From Bacteroidetes bacterium GWF2_43_63 (GTDB lineage Bacteria; Bacteroidota; Bacteroidia; Bacteroidales; DTU049), in assembly GCA_001769275.1 (NCBI GenBank), contig MEOQ01000015.1:8659-72658 (forward strand): a stretch of DNA of 64,000 nucleotides. The letters are read 5' to 3'. The notes under the pieces were generated by a model that was not told where the DNA came from, did no database searches, and saw only the letters and a program-made list of their open reading frames with translations. The position numbers and the translations under genes are program-made. Positions 63,352 to 64,000 of the stretch are shown here, one piece after another (position 1 is the stretch's first letter; the number at the start of each line of letters is the position of its first letter).

Positions 63352-64000
63352 TTATTGTTTTTTCTTTTCGAAGCTGCGTTTATTGCCGCCTTTGCGGAAA
63401 TTGCCGCTTGACTTTTTTTTCACCGGATTGTATTCCGGACATTCACCCAGCTGTTCAGGCACCTTTAATTTTTCGACTGAATGGCCGAGAAACTCTTCGA
63501 TAATTCCAAATTTCCGGTGTTCTTTTTCGCCGATGAGTGTAATGGCTTCGCCATCCGATTCGGCGCGCGCTGTGCGGCCTACACGATGTATATAATCTTC
63601 GGAATCGTGCGGCACATCGTAATTTATAATCAAATCAATGTCTTCGATGTCGATGCCGCGTGAAAGAATATCGGTGGCCACCAGCACATTCAATTGACGT
63701 GCTTTGAAGCGGTTCATCACATTTTCGCGCGCCTGCTGGTCAATATCGGAATGCATTTCATCGACCGATAGTCTGAGCTTTTTCAATTCGCGCGTCACCT
63801 GTTTTGTTTTTTCCTTGGTGCCGCAGAAAATCATGATGCTGCGTAGTTTTTTTTCTTTGAGCAAAGCCGCAATCAGCGCGGTTTTCTGAGCATCGTACAC
63901 CACAAAAGCGCTTTGTTTAACTTTCTCGGCCGGCTTCGATGTAGCTATATTTATTTCGACCGGATTTACCAGAATGTTACGGGCCAGTTGCCGTATGGCA
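63352..64000 (-). CDS. DEAD/DEAH-box RNA helicase (C-terminal part; the 5' end lies beyond the window)
   Basis: Helicase C-terminal motifs are IFCGTKEK, VATDILSRGIDIEDIDLIINYD and HRVGRTARA. It has a basic C-terminal tail. The frame stays open to the window end. Confidence 0.85.
   Translation of the reverse strand, partial: AIRQLARNILVNPVEINIATSKPAEKVKQSAFVVYDAQKTALIAALLKEKKLRSIMIFCGTKEKTKQVTRELKKLRLSVDEMHSDIDQQARENVMNRFKARQLNVLVATDILSRGIDIEDIDLIINYDVPHDSEDYIHRVGRTARAESDGEAITLIGEKEHRKFGIIEEFLGHSVEKLKVPEQLGECPEYNPVKKKSSGNFRKGGNKRSFEKKKQ

Overview
This is a Bacteroidota-type chromosomal window. It has T9SS type A and type B C-terminal sorting domains, a PorP/SprF gene, TAnnTTTG-like -7 boxes, and secreted proteins and lipoproteins. 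I support about 45 protein-coding genes. I could not recognise any rRNA, tRNA, CRISPR array, transposase or integrase. Housekeeping genes are mnmE, recF, cinA, a Dus-family tRNA-dihydrouridine synthase, a THX-like ribosomal protein and a partial DEAD-box helicase. There is a glycogen block: a debranching enzyme, a GT4 glycosyltransferase, a GH57 hydrolase, and a 1420-aa glycogen synthase-phosphorylase fusion. There is also T9SS cargo: a C1 peptidase, a type B CTD adhesin with PorP, and two beta-helix proteins. The best candidate for an undescribed system is at 2096-6033 on the minus strand. It is a tight three-gene operon. It encodes a 553-aa membrane-anchored protein whose predicted cytoplasmic C-terminus is a Cys/His repeat of period 4 (NACH-AACH-DACH-(SACH)5-SACV), then a radical SAM/SPASM enzyme with an RRE-like N-terminus, then a 4-TM protein. 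A LytTR response regulator and a LytS-type sensor kinase bracket the operon. Other accessory content includes a RhuM-like gene abutting an orphan Rhs C-terminal toxin tip (HExxH) with a putative immunity gene. There is also a solitary classical AAA+ ATPase bracketed by direct repeats, and an orphan YgfK-like 1055-aa Fe-S flavoprotein. Many of the larger intergenic regions are built from a mosaic of short hairpin-forming repeat modules, found in both orientations and sometimes nested. These modules generate many spurious ORFs in the six-frame track. All functional calls rest on motifs read by eye and remembered family signatures. No database search was run.
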